A program made the position numbers and the translations under genes. A stretch of DNA of 64,000 nucleotides from a bacterium (GTDB taxonomy: Bacteria; Sysuimicrobiota; Sysuimicrobiia; Sysuimicrobiales; Segetimicrobiaceae): the NCBI GenBank assembly GCA_035295165.1, contig DATGJN010000093.1, positions 95 through 64,094 of the forward strand, read 5' to 3'. Below are positions 51,848 through 61,341 of the stretch, piece by piece. The notes under the pieces are model-generated. The model saw only the letters and a program-made list of their open reading frames with translations. It ran no database searches and was not told the DNA's origin. Numbering within the stretch: position 1 is the first letter of the stretch; each line of letters opens with the position of its first letter.

Positions 51848-52312
51848 CTAGCGTCCGGCAGCCTCGGGAGCGACCCACGGATCCGGCCCGGGTTCCTTCC
51901 CCGCTGCGGCGAGCGCCAGCCGGTCAAGATAGTGTGTCCATCCCTCGCCGTGACTGTCGCGACGATCGGCGCGCAGTCCCCGGTGTGTCAAGCGGACGAT
52001 CGTTTCGTCGCCGTCCGGCGTCAGCGTGATCTCAACGGTCGTCGATCCCGGAGGCACGACGTCCGGTTCTTGCTCCCATCCCCACGTGAAGACGATCCGG
52101 CGGTAGGGCACGAGCTCCACGTACCGGCCGCGCGATCGGTGGCCTCCGGTGACGTTGACATAGTACACACCGCCGGGGCGAGGATCCAGGTCCGCCTCAA
52201 TGCCGTGCCACTTGACCATCTTGGCCGGGTCGGTGAAGAACGCGTAGATCGTCTCCGGACGGGCGGCGATTCTGATCGAGCGGGTGAGGCTATCGGGGGC
52301 GTCGGGCGCCAC
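51848..52312 (-). CDS. SRPBCC (AHSA1/Aha1-like) domain protein
   Basis: GTG at 52312 with an AAGGAGG RBS. It forms the typical ArsR-SRPBCC gene pair with the upstream ArsR gene. Confidence 0.6.
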   Translation of the reverse strand: MAPDAPDSLTRSIRIAARPETIYAFFTDPAKMVKWHGIEADLDPRPGGVYYVNVTGGHRSRGRYVELVPYRRIVFTWGWEQEPDVVPPGSTTVEITLTPDGDETIVRLTHRGLRADRRDSHGEGWTHYLDRLALAAAGKEPGPDPWVAPEAAGR

Positions 52313-52637
52313 GGCGGATCGGCCTCCTTTGTTCGGTCTCCGCGGCCTGCTTGAGCCGCGCGAGGTTCTCGTCCCAGAACGTCTCCAGGAAGGCCCGCAA
52401 CTCGGCCAACCCCTCGGGGCGCGCCCGGTACAGCCGGCGCGCGCCGTCGCGGCGCTCCGCGAGCAGGCCCGCGTCGACGAGGACGCGCAGGTGCTGCGAG
52501 ACCGCGGGACGCGTGACCTCAAACTGTGAGGCGATCTCGCCCGCGGAACGTTCGGCGTCCCAGACCAATTCGAGGATCCGGCGCCGCCGGGGCTCGGCGA
52601 TCGCGCGAAGAGCAGTGTCGAGCGCGGGAGTCCCCAT
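52290..52637 (-). CDS. ArsR/SmtB family transcriptional regulator
   Basis: wHTH RRRILELVWDAERSAGEIASQFEVTRPAVSQHLRVL. Confidence 0.8.
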   Translation of the reverse strand: MGTPALDTALRAIAEPRRRRILELVWDAERSAGEIASQFEVTRPAVSQHLRVLVDAGLLAERRDGARRLYRARPEGLAELRAFLETFWDENLARLKQAAETEQRRPIRRGARRPR

Positions 52638-52795
52638 GTCGGAAGGTTAGCATATACTTACGTTAGTGTCAACTAACTTACGTGTGTGGCCGATGACGTC
52701 GATTCAGACGGCGCCGGGTGGGGGGTACGCGCGCGGCTTGACACGGCTCCCCCGCGGTGCGGGCGATGACGCGTCCGGCCGTTCGGGCCCGGGGG

Positions 52796-54586
52796 TCAGC
52801 GGTGCTTTCGCCGGGCACCCGACGCCGCCGGGCGCGAGCCGGCAGGCCGACGGGCCGGGTGCTTGGCGCGGGCCTTGGGCCCGGCCCGCTTCGCGGCCGC
52901 GCGCGCGGGCTTCGGGGCCTTCTTTGCTCCTGGCTTCGCCCTGGTTCGGGGCTTCGACGTCTTTGCGGCCGCGCGCCGGGGCGCGGCCGGGGCGGCCTCC
53001 ACGCCGCCGACCGGGACGAGCTCGAACATGGTGGTCGGCGCCGGCACCCCGGCACCCTTGACGGCGCCCGGAAGGATGCGAAACACGGGGCACAAGAACA
53101 CCTCGATCCTCCCCCCCCCGGGGGCGAACAGCGCGGGGAGGTGCAGTGTCCGGAGCCCCACGATCGTCAGCGGTCCGCTCGGCGGCGTGGTAAGCCATCT
53201 ACGCACGGTGTCATAGGCCGGCGTGCTGGGGGCCGCGACGGCAGTGATGCGCGTCCGGCCGGCAGCGTCCCCGAACGCGAAGAGAAACGGCCGGCCGTCC
53301 ACGAATTGGCTCCGTCCGCCATAGAACTGGCCGGTCATATAGACGTACGCGGTTTCGGTGACCGGGGCGTGCCTGAACGTCATCGTGCCGCCGGTAAACG
53401 CCACGCGGGTCGATGGCTGGAAATCTGGGAATGGCATCGGGTGGACGCTCTCGACCTGTGTCCACTCCGCTCCACCGGGGGCATCGACGGGGATCGGCGG
53501 AAACGTGAGCCCCCGTTCCGTCGTGACGCTCCGCACAGGATGGATCTCCAGCAGTCGGGGTACGGCGGGGTGCGTGCCCGAGGCGTGGTCAGGCAGCAGG
53601 CGCAGCAGCCCCGTCACGGTGACCCGCTGCTGCGTGGCGATCACCTCGTCCAGGAGTTGCGCGTACTGGCTGTGGGCGGTTCCTCCGGCGTCGAGCGCGC
53701 CCGGCCGGATTGTGTTTTGGATCACGCACGCGATGATGCCGCCGTCGGACTCCCCGGTAGAGGGCGCCAGGCCGAACGCCACACCGAGCCCGTACTCGCC
53801 TTCGGGGCCGCGGGCGGTGACGTGTCCCTCCACGCTCACGTCAACCCCCGGTGTGAAGCGAAGGTAGGCGAGGGGTTCGGCTCCCGACACGACGAGATCC
53901 GGTTGGTCCGTCGATCCCGGCATCATCCGGACGGCGCTGAGCACGCGCAGGAGATCCGCCGGCGTCCTCACGTCGATCCGTCCGGCGGGGCGGGCCGGCG
54001 TGTGCTGCCGCATCTCGTCCGAGACGAGGATCGCGCGGGCGATTTCGCGCATCGGCGTGCGCGAATTCCGGCTCTGCCGTTGGATCCGCAGGAACGCCTC
54101 CTGCTCGTCGATGCCCTCGCGCTGCATCAAGATGCCCTTCGCTCGGTCCACCAGCTTGCGGGTCTCGAGGGTCTCCTTGAGATTGCCCACTTCCTGCTGG
54201 AGCGCGCGCAGCTCAGCGAAGCGCGCCATCGCGACTTCGATCACGGGAACCAGCTCGGCCTCGCGCACCGGCTTCACGAGGTAGGCGAGCACGCCGGCCT
54301 CCTGGGCGCGCTGCACGAGGTCGCGCTCGCTCCACGCCGTGAGGAGGATGATCGGCCGCGGCTGGCGCGTCATGATCGTGGACGCCGCCGAGATGCCGTC
54401 GAGGCCAGGCATCTTGATGTCCATGAAGATCAGATCGGGGGCGAGTTTGCCGGCGAGCGTCACCGCCTCCTCGCCGTCCCCGGCTTCCCCGACCACCTTG
54501 TAATCGTGTTCCTCGAGCATCGTCCGCAGGCCCATACGGATGACCGGCTCGTCGTCGGCGATCAGGATGCGCATCGCGTCGATCAT
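52796..54586 (-). CDS. response regulator with REC + ANTAR RNA-binding domains (PdtaR/AmiR/NasR-type) fused to a ~390-aa uncharacterised C-terminal region and a Lys/Ala/Pro-rich basic tail
   Basis: REC domain (ILIADDEPVIRMGL...MPGLDG with a phospho-acceptor D). ANTAR helices (KLVDRAKGILMQREGIDEQEAFLRIQRQSRNSRTPMREIARAIL). The rest is protein-like but unrecognised. The last 60 aa are an AKP-rich histone-H1-like tail. Confidence 0.8.
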   Translation of the reverse strand: MIDAMRILIADDEPVIRMGLRTMLEEHDYKVVGEAGDGEEAVTLAGKLAPDLIFMDIKMPGLDGISAASTIMTRQPRPIILLTAWSERDLVQRAQEAGVLAYLVKPVREAELVPVIEVAMARFAELRALQQEVGNLKETLETRKLVDRAKGILMQREGIDEQEAFLRIQRQSRNSRTPMREIARAILVSDEMRQHTPARPAGRIDVRTPADLLRVLSAVRMMPGSTDQPDLVVSGAEPLAYLRFTPGVDVSVEGHVTARGPEGEYGLGVAFGLAPSTGESDGGIIACVIQNTIRPGALDAGGTAHSQYAQLLDEVIATQQRVTVTGLLRLLPDHASGTHPAVPRLLEIHPVRSVTTERGLTFPPIPVDAPGGAEWTQVESVHPMPFPDFQPSTRVAFTGGTMTFRHAPVTETAYVYMTGQFYGGRSQFVDGRPFLFAFGDAAGRTRITAVAAPSTPAYDTVRRWLTTPPSGPLTIVGLRTLHLPALFAPGGGRIEVFLCPVFRILPGAVKGAGVPAPTTMFELVPVGGVEAAPAAPRRAAAKTSKPRTRAKPGAKKAPKPARAAAKRAGPKARAKHPARRPAGSRPAASGARRKHR

Positions 54587-54587
54587 G

Positions 54588-56255
54588 CTACACTCCCGCC
54601 GGCCGTGGCATCGTGATCACCGCGCGCGTGCCGCCCGCGTTCGTGAAGTCGATCCGGCCCTTGAGGTCATCCCGAACGAGCGTGTGCACAATCTCGAGCC
54701 CCAGGTCGCCGGACCGATCGGGGGAGAACCCCGGCGGCAGTCCGATCCCGTCGTCCTGGACCTCGACCCGCAGCGTGTCGCGTCCGGCCGCGAGCGTGAT
54801 GAGCACCGTGCCGTTGGTCCGCCCGTTGAACGCATGCTCCATCGCATTCTGCAGCAGTTCGTTGACGACGAGCGCGAGCGAGGTCGCCTGCCGGCTGGGC
54901 AGACTGACGTCGTCGCCGGTGACCTTGACGGCGAGCGCGAACCCGGGCGGGGCCATCGTCTGTGAGACGGTCTGAGCCACGTGCTCGAGCATCTCGCGGG
55001 CGACGACCTGGCGTACGCCCTCCGCGGCGAGAATCTCGTGCACCGCGGCGATGCTGAGGATCCGGTTGATCGTCTCCGTCAGCACCTCGCGGCCGGAGAC
55101 CTCCCGGCCGTCGCGCAGTTGCAGGCGGAGGAGCATCGCGATCATCTGCAGGTTGTTCTTGACGCGGTGGTGCATCTCGCGGACCATCGCCGACTTCACG
55201 ACCAGACTGGCGTTCTCGATCGCAAGCGCGGTCTGGTTGGCGAGGGTCTGCAGCATGTTGATCTCCGACTGGGTGAACTGGTGCCGCCGCGCCGTGTAGC
55301 AGTTGATCACGCCGAGCGTGCGGTCTCGTACCCGAAGCGGCACCGAGAGCAGTGACCGCACGTGGGGCGGCTCGACCAGCTCGTGCGCGAGGAAGCGGGG
55401 GTCGCTGGCGAGGTCCAGGCTCGCCGCCGGCTGGCCGCTGGCCGCGGCCTCTCCGGGAATACCCTCCCCGGCGCGAAGGGTGCGGCGGGGGCGGCTCCCC
55501 GATGGTTCGGGGTGGGCCGCGGCGAGCACGAGCTCATCGCCGTCGAGCAGCATCAACGTGCACATCGGCGCGTCGAATACCCGCGCGGCCATCTCCACCA
55601 CCAGCCGGAGGATCTGCTCGAGGTAGAGCGGCGAGGTCAGCGTCTCGCTGACCTCGGCGAGCGTACGGAGCTCCATGATCTGGCGCCGCATGCTGTCGTA
55701 CAGGCGCGCCTTCTCGAGGGTGCCGCTGGCGAGGTCGGCGATAATGCTGAGCAGCTCGACCTCGTCCTCGCCCCACTCGTGCGCGCCGGTCGTTTGGACG
55801 TTGATCGCGCCGAGCACTTTGCCGGCCACGGTCAGCGGCACGGCGAGCAGCGACTGGAACAGCACCTCGTGCGTCTCCGGGAGGAGCTTGAAGCGCGGAT
55901 CCGCCGCCGCGTCGGTGGAGGCGACGGGTTGCCCCGTGTCGGCCGCCCAGCCGGTCAGGCCCTCGCCCAGCCGAAGGCGGGCGCGGCCGATCGCGTCCGC
56001 AGCGAGGCCGGTCGTGGCGTTGAGGACGAGGTACTCGCGTGAGGCGTCCAGGAGGTAGATCGAGCAGCTGTCCACCCGCATGACCTCCGCGGTCGTGCGG
56101 GTGATCAGGGTGAGCGTGGTGTCGAGGTCCAGCGCGGCGCTGATCGCCCGGCTGATGGCGCGGAGCGCGGAGATTTCCGCCGTCTTCCGGGCGAGCTGTT
56201 GGGTCGGACCGTGTTCTCGGGTACGCTCGTGCGTCATCGCCCCTCCGTGCGACAC
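54588..56255 (-). CDS. sensor histidine kinase with two GAF domains and a HisKA_2/HATPase core (PdtaS-like)
   Basis: Two GAF blocks. H-box MVREMHHRVKNNLQMIAMLL is typical of HisKA_2. C-terminal ATPase G-boxes. It sits immediately upstream of, and on the same strand as, the ANTAR regulator. Confidence 0.8.
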   Translation of the reverse strand: MSHGGAMTHERTREHGPTQQLARKTAEISALRAISRAISAALDLDTTLTLITRTTAEVMRVDSCSIYLLDASREYLVLNATTGLAADAIGRARLRLGEGLTGWAADTGQPVASTDAAADPRFKLLPETHEVLFQSLLAVPLTVAGKVLGAINVQTTGAHEWGEDEVELLSIIADLASGTLEKARLYDSMRRQIMELRTLAEVSETLTSPLYLEQILRLVVEMAARVFDAPMCTLMLLDGDELVLAAAHPEPSGSRPRRTLRAGEGIPGEAAASGQPAASLDLASDPRFLAHELVEPPHVRSLLSVPLRVRDRTLGVINCYTARRHQFTQSEINMLQTLANQTALAIENASLVVKSAMVREMHHRVKNNLQMIAMLLRLQLRDGREVSGREVLTETINRILSIAAVHEILAAEGVRQVVAREMLEHVAQTVSQTMAPPGFALAVKVTGDDVSLPSRQATSLALVVNELLQNAMEHAFNGRTNGTVLITLAAGRDTLRVEVQDDGIGLPPGFSPDRSGDLGLEIVHTLVRDDLKGRIDFTNAGGTRAVITMPRPAGV

Positions 56256-56370
56256 CGCACCCTCCCGCGGCGGGCCCGTTCGTGTTCGACGGGCCGCGGG
56301 GCCCCGGCGCGGGCGTCTGAAGCCGGGTGGTCCTCCGCGCTGCTCGCGCGGCGTCCGCCGGATCGGTGTG

Positions 56371-58767
56371 TCACGGGTGCTTGCCCGACGGGGCCAACGG
56401 TGTCGCGGCGTGCGCGGCGGGCATCATCCGCGCGGCGGCCTCGATGTCCTGCGGCTTGAACGCGCTGCGGCGGTTCACCGCGACCGCCCACGCCATCAGG
56501 CCGAGCGTGATCACGACGACGGCGACGCGCACCCCCACGTTGATCGGGGCGATCGTCACGGGGGCGATGAGAATGCTCACGAGGTTCATGACCTTGATCA
56601 GCGGGTTGAGCGCGGGGCCCGCCGTGTCTTTCATCGGGTCGCCGACGGTGTCGCCGATCACGCCGGCCTTGTGGTATTCCGTGCCCTTGCCGCCGAGGAA
56701 CCCGTCCTCGATCTTCTTCTTCGCGTTGTCCCAGGCGCCCCCGGTGTTGGCCATGAACACCGCCATGAGCTGCCCCGTCAGGATCGCGCCGGCCAGGAAC
56801 GCGCCGAGCGGGGCCGCACCCAGTGCCATCGCCACCATGATCGGGGCGCAGATCGCGACCACCGCGGGGGAGGCGAGCTCCCGTTGCGCGGCCAGCGTGG
56901 CGATGTCCACGCACCGATCGTATTGGGGCTTGCCGGTTCCCTCCATGATCCCAGGGATTTCGCGGAATTGGCGGCGGACTTCTTCGACGATTTGGAACGC
57001 CGATCGGCCGACCGCGCGGATCAGGAACGCTGACACCAGGAACGGGACCGCGCCCCCGATCAACAGACCGATGAAGATGAGCGGCAGGTTGACTTGGATG
57101 CCGATCCGCTCGAGCGCCGCCGCCGCCGTGGCGCCGCCCTGGGCGAGCGTCGCCTGGAGCCCTTCGGCCGAGGCCAGGAGGTTCGCCTGACCCACGAACG
57201 ACCGGAACAGCGCCGTGGCCGCGAGCACCGCGCTCGCGATCGCAAACCCCTTCGTCAGCGCCTTGGTCGTATTGCCGGCCTGATCGAGCTGCGCGACGAT
57301 GTACCCCGCGTCCACGCCCGTGCCCGCGCCGCGGTCGTGGGCGATGCCGGACATCTCGTAGATGCCGTTGGCATTGTCGACGATCGGCCCGAACGTGTCC
57401 ATCGCCAGAATGTACCCGGTCATCGTCAGGAGGCCGAGGCCCGACAGCGCGATCCCGTAGCCCGCCAGGGCGAGGTCCCCCTGGAAGATCGTGAACGAGG
57501 CCAGGATCGTCGTCCCGATCGCCAGGATCGCCCAGACGGACGACTCGAGGCCGTACCCCAGGCCGGAGAGGAGGAACGTCGCGGGTCCGGTCTTCGTCGA
57601 GTAGGCCATCTCGGTGACCGCGCCCTTGTCCGAATGCGTGAACTGATCGGTCAGCCACTTGATGAACAGCGCCAGCACCAGGCCCGTGAGGAGCGCGAAG
57701 AAGAACCGCCAGTCGGTTGTCCGCGTCCGGGGATCCGTCAGGTAGAATGCGTTGACCAGCCCGAACCCCACGATCGCGGCCCCCGCGGAGATCCACAGCC
57801 CGCGCGTGATCGGGCTCATCGGGTTGCGCGTCTCGCTGCCGGCGCGCACGGCCCAGGTGCCGATGATCGACGCGAACACGCCGACCGCCTGGACGAGGAG
57901 CGGGAACAGGATGAGCTTCAGCGCGAACGCGGACGCCCCGGCCCCGTAGAGCGCGCGGAAGTGCGGGTCGAGCAGCGCGCCCGCGCCGAGAATGATTGCC
58001 GCGACGAGCGTGACCTCGTACGATTCGAAGACGTCTGCGGCCATCCCCGCGCAGTCGCCGACGTTGTCGCCCACGTTGTCGGCGATCGTCGCCGCGTTCC
58101 GCGGATCGTCCTCGGGGATGCCCACCTCGACCTTGCCGACCAGGTCCGCGCCGACGTCCGCGACCTTGGTGTAGATCCCGCCGCCGATCCGCATGAACGA
58201 CGCCACCAGGGATCCGCCGAATCCAAATCCGATCAGCACCCGGGTCGCGTCTCCGCGGAACAGCACGAAGATGATCGTCGCGCCGAGGAGGCCCAGGCCG
58301 ACGGTGAACATGCCAGACACCGTGCCCGCCTGGAACGCGGTCTCGAGCGCCTCCTTAAAACTGCGCGTGGCGGCGTAGGCCGTGCGCACGTTGCCGTGTA
58401 CGGCCAGGTTCATGCCGACGTACCCGGCGCCGTAGCTGGCTAGGCAGCCCATCAGGAACGCTGCGGCGATGCCGACCGCGAGTGTGGGCGTGGCGTAGAT
58501 GGGCAGGTAGAGCACGAACAGCGCGATCGTGATCGCGATGATGAACACGGACATCGTCCGGAACTGACGCCGGAGGTACGCCCGCGCTCCCTCCTGGATG
58601 GCCGCCGCCACATCCTGCATCGACGCGGGGCCCGCGCTCCGCCGCAGCACCCGCGCCCTCAGCCACCATCCGTAGGCGAGGGCAACCGCCGCCGCGGCCC
58701 CTACGAGCCACAAGAGAAGGGACTCGAGGCCTCCGAACGGCGGCAGTGTAACGCTGGATTCACTCAT
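56371..58767 (-). CDS. hppA: membrane-bound proton-translocating pyrophosphatase (H+-PPase, HppA)
   Basis: ATG at 58767 with an AAGGAGG RBS. About 798 aa, 15-16 TM helices, GGG...DNVGDNVGD signature and EYYT/GDTxGDP motifs. Confidence 0.88.
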   Translation of the reverse strand: MSESSVTLPPFGGLESLLLWLVGAAAAVALAYGWWLRARVLRRSAGPASMQDVAAAIQEGARAYLRRQFRTMSVFIIAITIALFVLYLPIYATPTLAVGIAAAFLMGCLASYGAGYVGMNLAVHGNVRTAYAATRSFKEALETAFQAGTVSGMFTVGLGLLGATIIFVLFRGDATRVLIGFGFGGSLVASFMRIGGGIYTKVADVGADLVGKVEVGIPEDDPRNAATIADNVGDNVGDCAGMAADVFESYEVTLVAAIILGAGALLDPHFRALYGAGASAFALKLILFPLLVQAVGVFASIIGTWAVRAGSETRNPMSPITRGLWISAGAAIVGFGLVNAFYLTDPRTRTTDWRFFFALLTGLVLALFIKWLTDQFTHSDKGAVTEMAYSTKTGPATFLLSGLGYGLESSVWAILAIGTTILASFTIFQGDLALAGYGIALSGLGLLTMTGYILAMDTFGPIVDNANGIYEMSGIAHDRGAGTGVDAGYIVAQLDQAGNTTKALTKGFAIASAVLAATALFRSFVGQANLLASAEGLQATLAQGGATAAAALERIGIQVNLPLIFIGLLIGGAVPFLVSAFLIRAVGRSAFQIVEEVRRQFREIPGIMEGTGKPQYDRCVDIATLAAQRELASPAVVAICAPIMVAMALGAAPLGAFLAGAILTGQLMAVFMANTGGAWDNAKKKIEDGFLGGKGTEYHKAGVIGDTVGDPMKDTAGPALNPLIKVMNLVSILIAPVTIAPINVGVRVAVVVITLGLMAWAVAVNRRSAFKPQDIEAAARMMPAAHAATPLAPSGKHP

Positions 58768-58812
58768 CAGAAAGCCTCCTTGCCCTGATCTGCGTGGAGC
58801 GCGGCGCCCTCT

Positions 58813-58842
58813 ATGATACCAGGGCAAGGCAGGGCCATTCAA
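58813..58842 (-). promoter_or_regulatory. sigma-70-type promoter TTGAAT-18 bp-TATCAT upstream of hppA
   Basis: Read directly on the minus strand. It ends about 40 nt before the hppA ATG at 58767. Confidence 0.35.
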
Positions 58843-59208
58843 GAAAAATTGCCGTCCGAACGAGGAAAACGGGCATTTTTCGCCTGTTTTGAAGCGCAGA
58901 GCCGGATTTCGGCGGTGCGGCCCTCTGGTGTGGGCCCGGCGCGCGAAGCGCTCGTTTAGAGCATTGATCCTTGCTTATCCTTTCAGGGGTCCGGGGGCCA
59001 AAAACAAAATTTCAATCGGTAAATTACGCGAGGACCCGCGCCGCCGGGTGGTCCGATGGGGTGCGAGTGGGTCAGAGAACGGACGCCGTGACCGCCATTC
59101 AGGGCACTGGCCCTCTGCATAACCAACAGCCGCGGGGCGACGCCTTCGGACGTAATTGTGCGTTCGACGTCGAGTCACTCAGGGATCGGCTTCGCCGCGC
59201 AGGAACAC

Positions 59209-59712
59209 TTAGTGCCCGGAGGGCGACGGCACGATGTCGACCTTGGCCCTGGTGTCGATCCCATGTTGCATAAAAAACCCCTGATTGACCTCCAGGGCGT
59301 ACCGGTACTTCGCCTTCGGGCCGTATGTCGGGATTTCGTCGCTCGACGGATCGGAGGCAACCGGCATGTCGAACAGGCCGACGATGCGCAGCTTGCTGTC
59401 CATGAAGGCGATCGACAGCGGAATCAGAGTGTTCTTCATCCAAAACGGCACGTTCGTGTCGTCTCCGAAGACGAACAGCATCCCCGCGTCGCCCGCGAGG
59501 GAGGTGCGGCACATCAACCCGGTCTCCCTCGAGGCTTCGGAGTCTGCGATCTCGACCTGGACGCGCGTGGTTTGCCCGCGCTCGGCAAACGTGACGACGG
59601 CGTGGTTGTAGGTGAACGTCGGGACGGTGCAGTCCGCATCGGCACGCGGGCTGGTTGAACCGAACACTGCCAGCACGCAGGCGGCGGTCAACACCACGGT
59701 CAGTCTTCGCAT
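59209..59712 (-). CDS. secreted DUF192 domain protein
   Basis: Signal peptide MRRLTVVLTAACVLAVFG. The DUF192/COG1430 pattern includes FWMKNTLIPLSIAF. Confidence 0.7.
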   Translation of the reverse strand: MRRLTVVLTAACVLAVFGSTSPRADADCTVPTFTYNHAVVTFAERGQTTRVQVEIADSEASRETGLMCRTSLAGDAGMLFVFGDDTNVPFWMKNTLIPLSIAFMDSKLRIVGLFDMPVASDPSSDEIPTYGPKAKYRYALEVNQGFFMQHGIDTRAKVDIVPSPSGH

Positions 59713-59762
59713 CCGGTCCTCCTACGCGTGGTGGCCGACGCCGGCCGTGCGATGCCGCCGCA

Positions 59763-61310
59763 TCAGTGTAGCATGCCGTCGAGCCACGCGAGGATCCGGG
59801 GCACGGCCGGATTGTCCGCGGCGTCCTCGATGTCGAGATGCGTGAATCCGGGAAAGATCTCGACCTGCACCTCGGCGGGAGGCGTCGCAATGTGGGCCCG
59901 ATAGAACGCGGTTGTTTGCGGCCGCCGGAGAAGCCCGTTCCCGGCCCCGAGGATCAGCACAGGCAGCTTCGTATAGCGAATCTGCGTCAGGCTCGCGAAC
60001 CGGCGCGCGAACTCGTCGCTGGTGTCGAGCCCGGCGGCGAGCCCCAGGTCAAGCACGAGCCGCCACGGGACGTACCACTGGGTGAAGTCGGCACCGGGCC
60101 GCAGCATGGCGGTGACCAACGTGCGCAGATCGACCCGCCCGCGCGGCTGGCTGCGATCGTAGGGAATCCACTGGATCAGCGCGTGGCCCGGCGCCGGCCG
60201 GCCACTGGCCAGGTCGAGCAGGCCGTCCCGGTTGATGTTCGCGGGGTCGGCGATGCGCTTGAAGACGCCGAGCGGCACACCGATCGACGCGCGCACAAAC
60301 AGGTCGGGCTGCGTCTGATCTGACAGGATGCCCCCCAACAGGGCCTCGTTGGTGATCTCGAGTCCGTTCCTGGGGGCGAATGGAAGATGGCTCGCCTCGC
60401 TCGGGCGCAGGTACGCGTACGTCGCAACCACGTCGAGCAGGACGCTGTCCTGCGGGCGTGCGACCTCTTCCAGATCCGAGAACGGCGACGCGAGGCGGCG
60501 GATGAGCGCGCGGACGCCGGGGATGCGGGGGAGCAGCGGTATGCTCACGCCGTCCAGGTACTGGCCGCCGGTGAGACGCGGGATCAGCGACAGCGGGATT
60601 CCGTCAATGAGCAGGAGGCCACTGATGTCGCGCGCGCCGGCTCCCGGGGACGGCGCGGGGACGCCGTTGGCCAGCGGGACGGGGTCGGGTCCGGGGAGTC
60701 GATCGAAGTCGTACCCGGCGTACAGCGCCGAGAGGATGCCGCCCAGCGAGTGACCGCCGAGGACGATGCGCGCGCCGGGGTCCCGGCGGTGCGCCGCTTC
60801 CACGAGCGCGTGTACATCCCGCAGATGGACGTCGAGCCCCCAATACGCCGCGTAGGTCGCGGCATCGGCGGCGAGCGGATGGTACGTGTTCCCGTCGATC
60901 GGCATGCCGCCATAGTAGTAGCTCAGGGAGAAGTCCGGGTTCTCGTACGCGAGCGCCGCGACGACGCCGCGGCGATCCTGCAGCAGCGTGGCGCGAGGCG
61001 CCTCGACCCACACCTCGAGGTGGGCGTCGCGCGCAACGAGCTGCCGGGCTAGAATGTCCAGGGTGTTGGGTCCCGAGTTGAGGCCCGGGATCAGCAGCAG
61101 AATGACCGTGGGCGGGGGCGCGCCAGGCGCGAAATACCGGAAGGCCACCGCGTGGTTGTAGGGCTCGGGGGTGTGCGTCTCCTGTGCGCCCTGGACGTCC
61201 ACGATCGCACGCACGACCGCGTCCGGGGACGGCTGTGCCTGGCCGGTGCCGCCGAGCGCGGCGCTGAGCAGAAGAACGAGCAGCAGCCCGATGCCGAGCC
61301 GAACGCCCAT
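59763..61310 (-). CDS. secreted alpha/beta-hydrolase (lipase/esterase-like)
   Basis: Start at the ATG 61310 (MGVRLGIGLLLVLLL signal peptide). GHSLGG nucleophile elbow. About 515 aa. Confidence 0.7.
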   Translation of the reverse strand: MGVRLGIGLLLVLLLSAALGGTGQAQPSPDAVVRAIVDVQGAQETHTPEPYNHAVAFRYFAPGAPPPTVILLLIPGLNSGPNTLDILARQLVARDAHLEVWVEAPRATLLQDRRGVVAALAYENPDFSLSYYYGGMPIDGNTYHPLAADAATYAAYWGLDVHLRDVHALVEAAHRRDPGARIVLGGHSLGGILSALYAGYDFDRLPGPDPVPLANGVPAPSPGAGARDISGLLLIDGIPLSLIPRLTGGQYLDGVSIPLLPRIPGVRALIRRLASPFSDLEEVARPQDSVLLDVVATYAYLRPSEASHLPFAPRNGLEITNEALLGGILSDQTQPDLFVRASIGVPLGVFKRIADPANINRDGLLDLASGRPAPGHALIQWIPYDRSQPRGRVDLRTLVTAMLRPGADFTQWYVPWRLVLDLGLAAGLDTSDEFARRFASLTQIRYTKLPVLILGAGNGLLRRPQTTAFYRAHIATPPAEVQVEIFPGFTHLDIEDAADNPAVPRILAWLDGMLH

Positions 61311-61341
61311 GTGTGGGAATACGTTTGGGGACGGGGAGGAA

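Noticed and set aside
56234-57796. 520-aa minus-strand ORF overlapping hppA in another frame
   Set aside because: R/G/D-rich and non-protein-like. The co-located frame 56371..58767 encodes an unmistakable H+-pyrophosphatase.
58843-59208. Possible weak terminator (4-bp stem + TTTTTCTT) between DUF192 and hppA
   Set aside because: The stem is too short (CCGT/ACGG). The region is better explained by the hppA promoter (TTGAAT-18-TATCAT).
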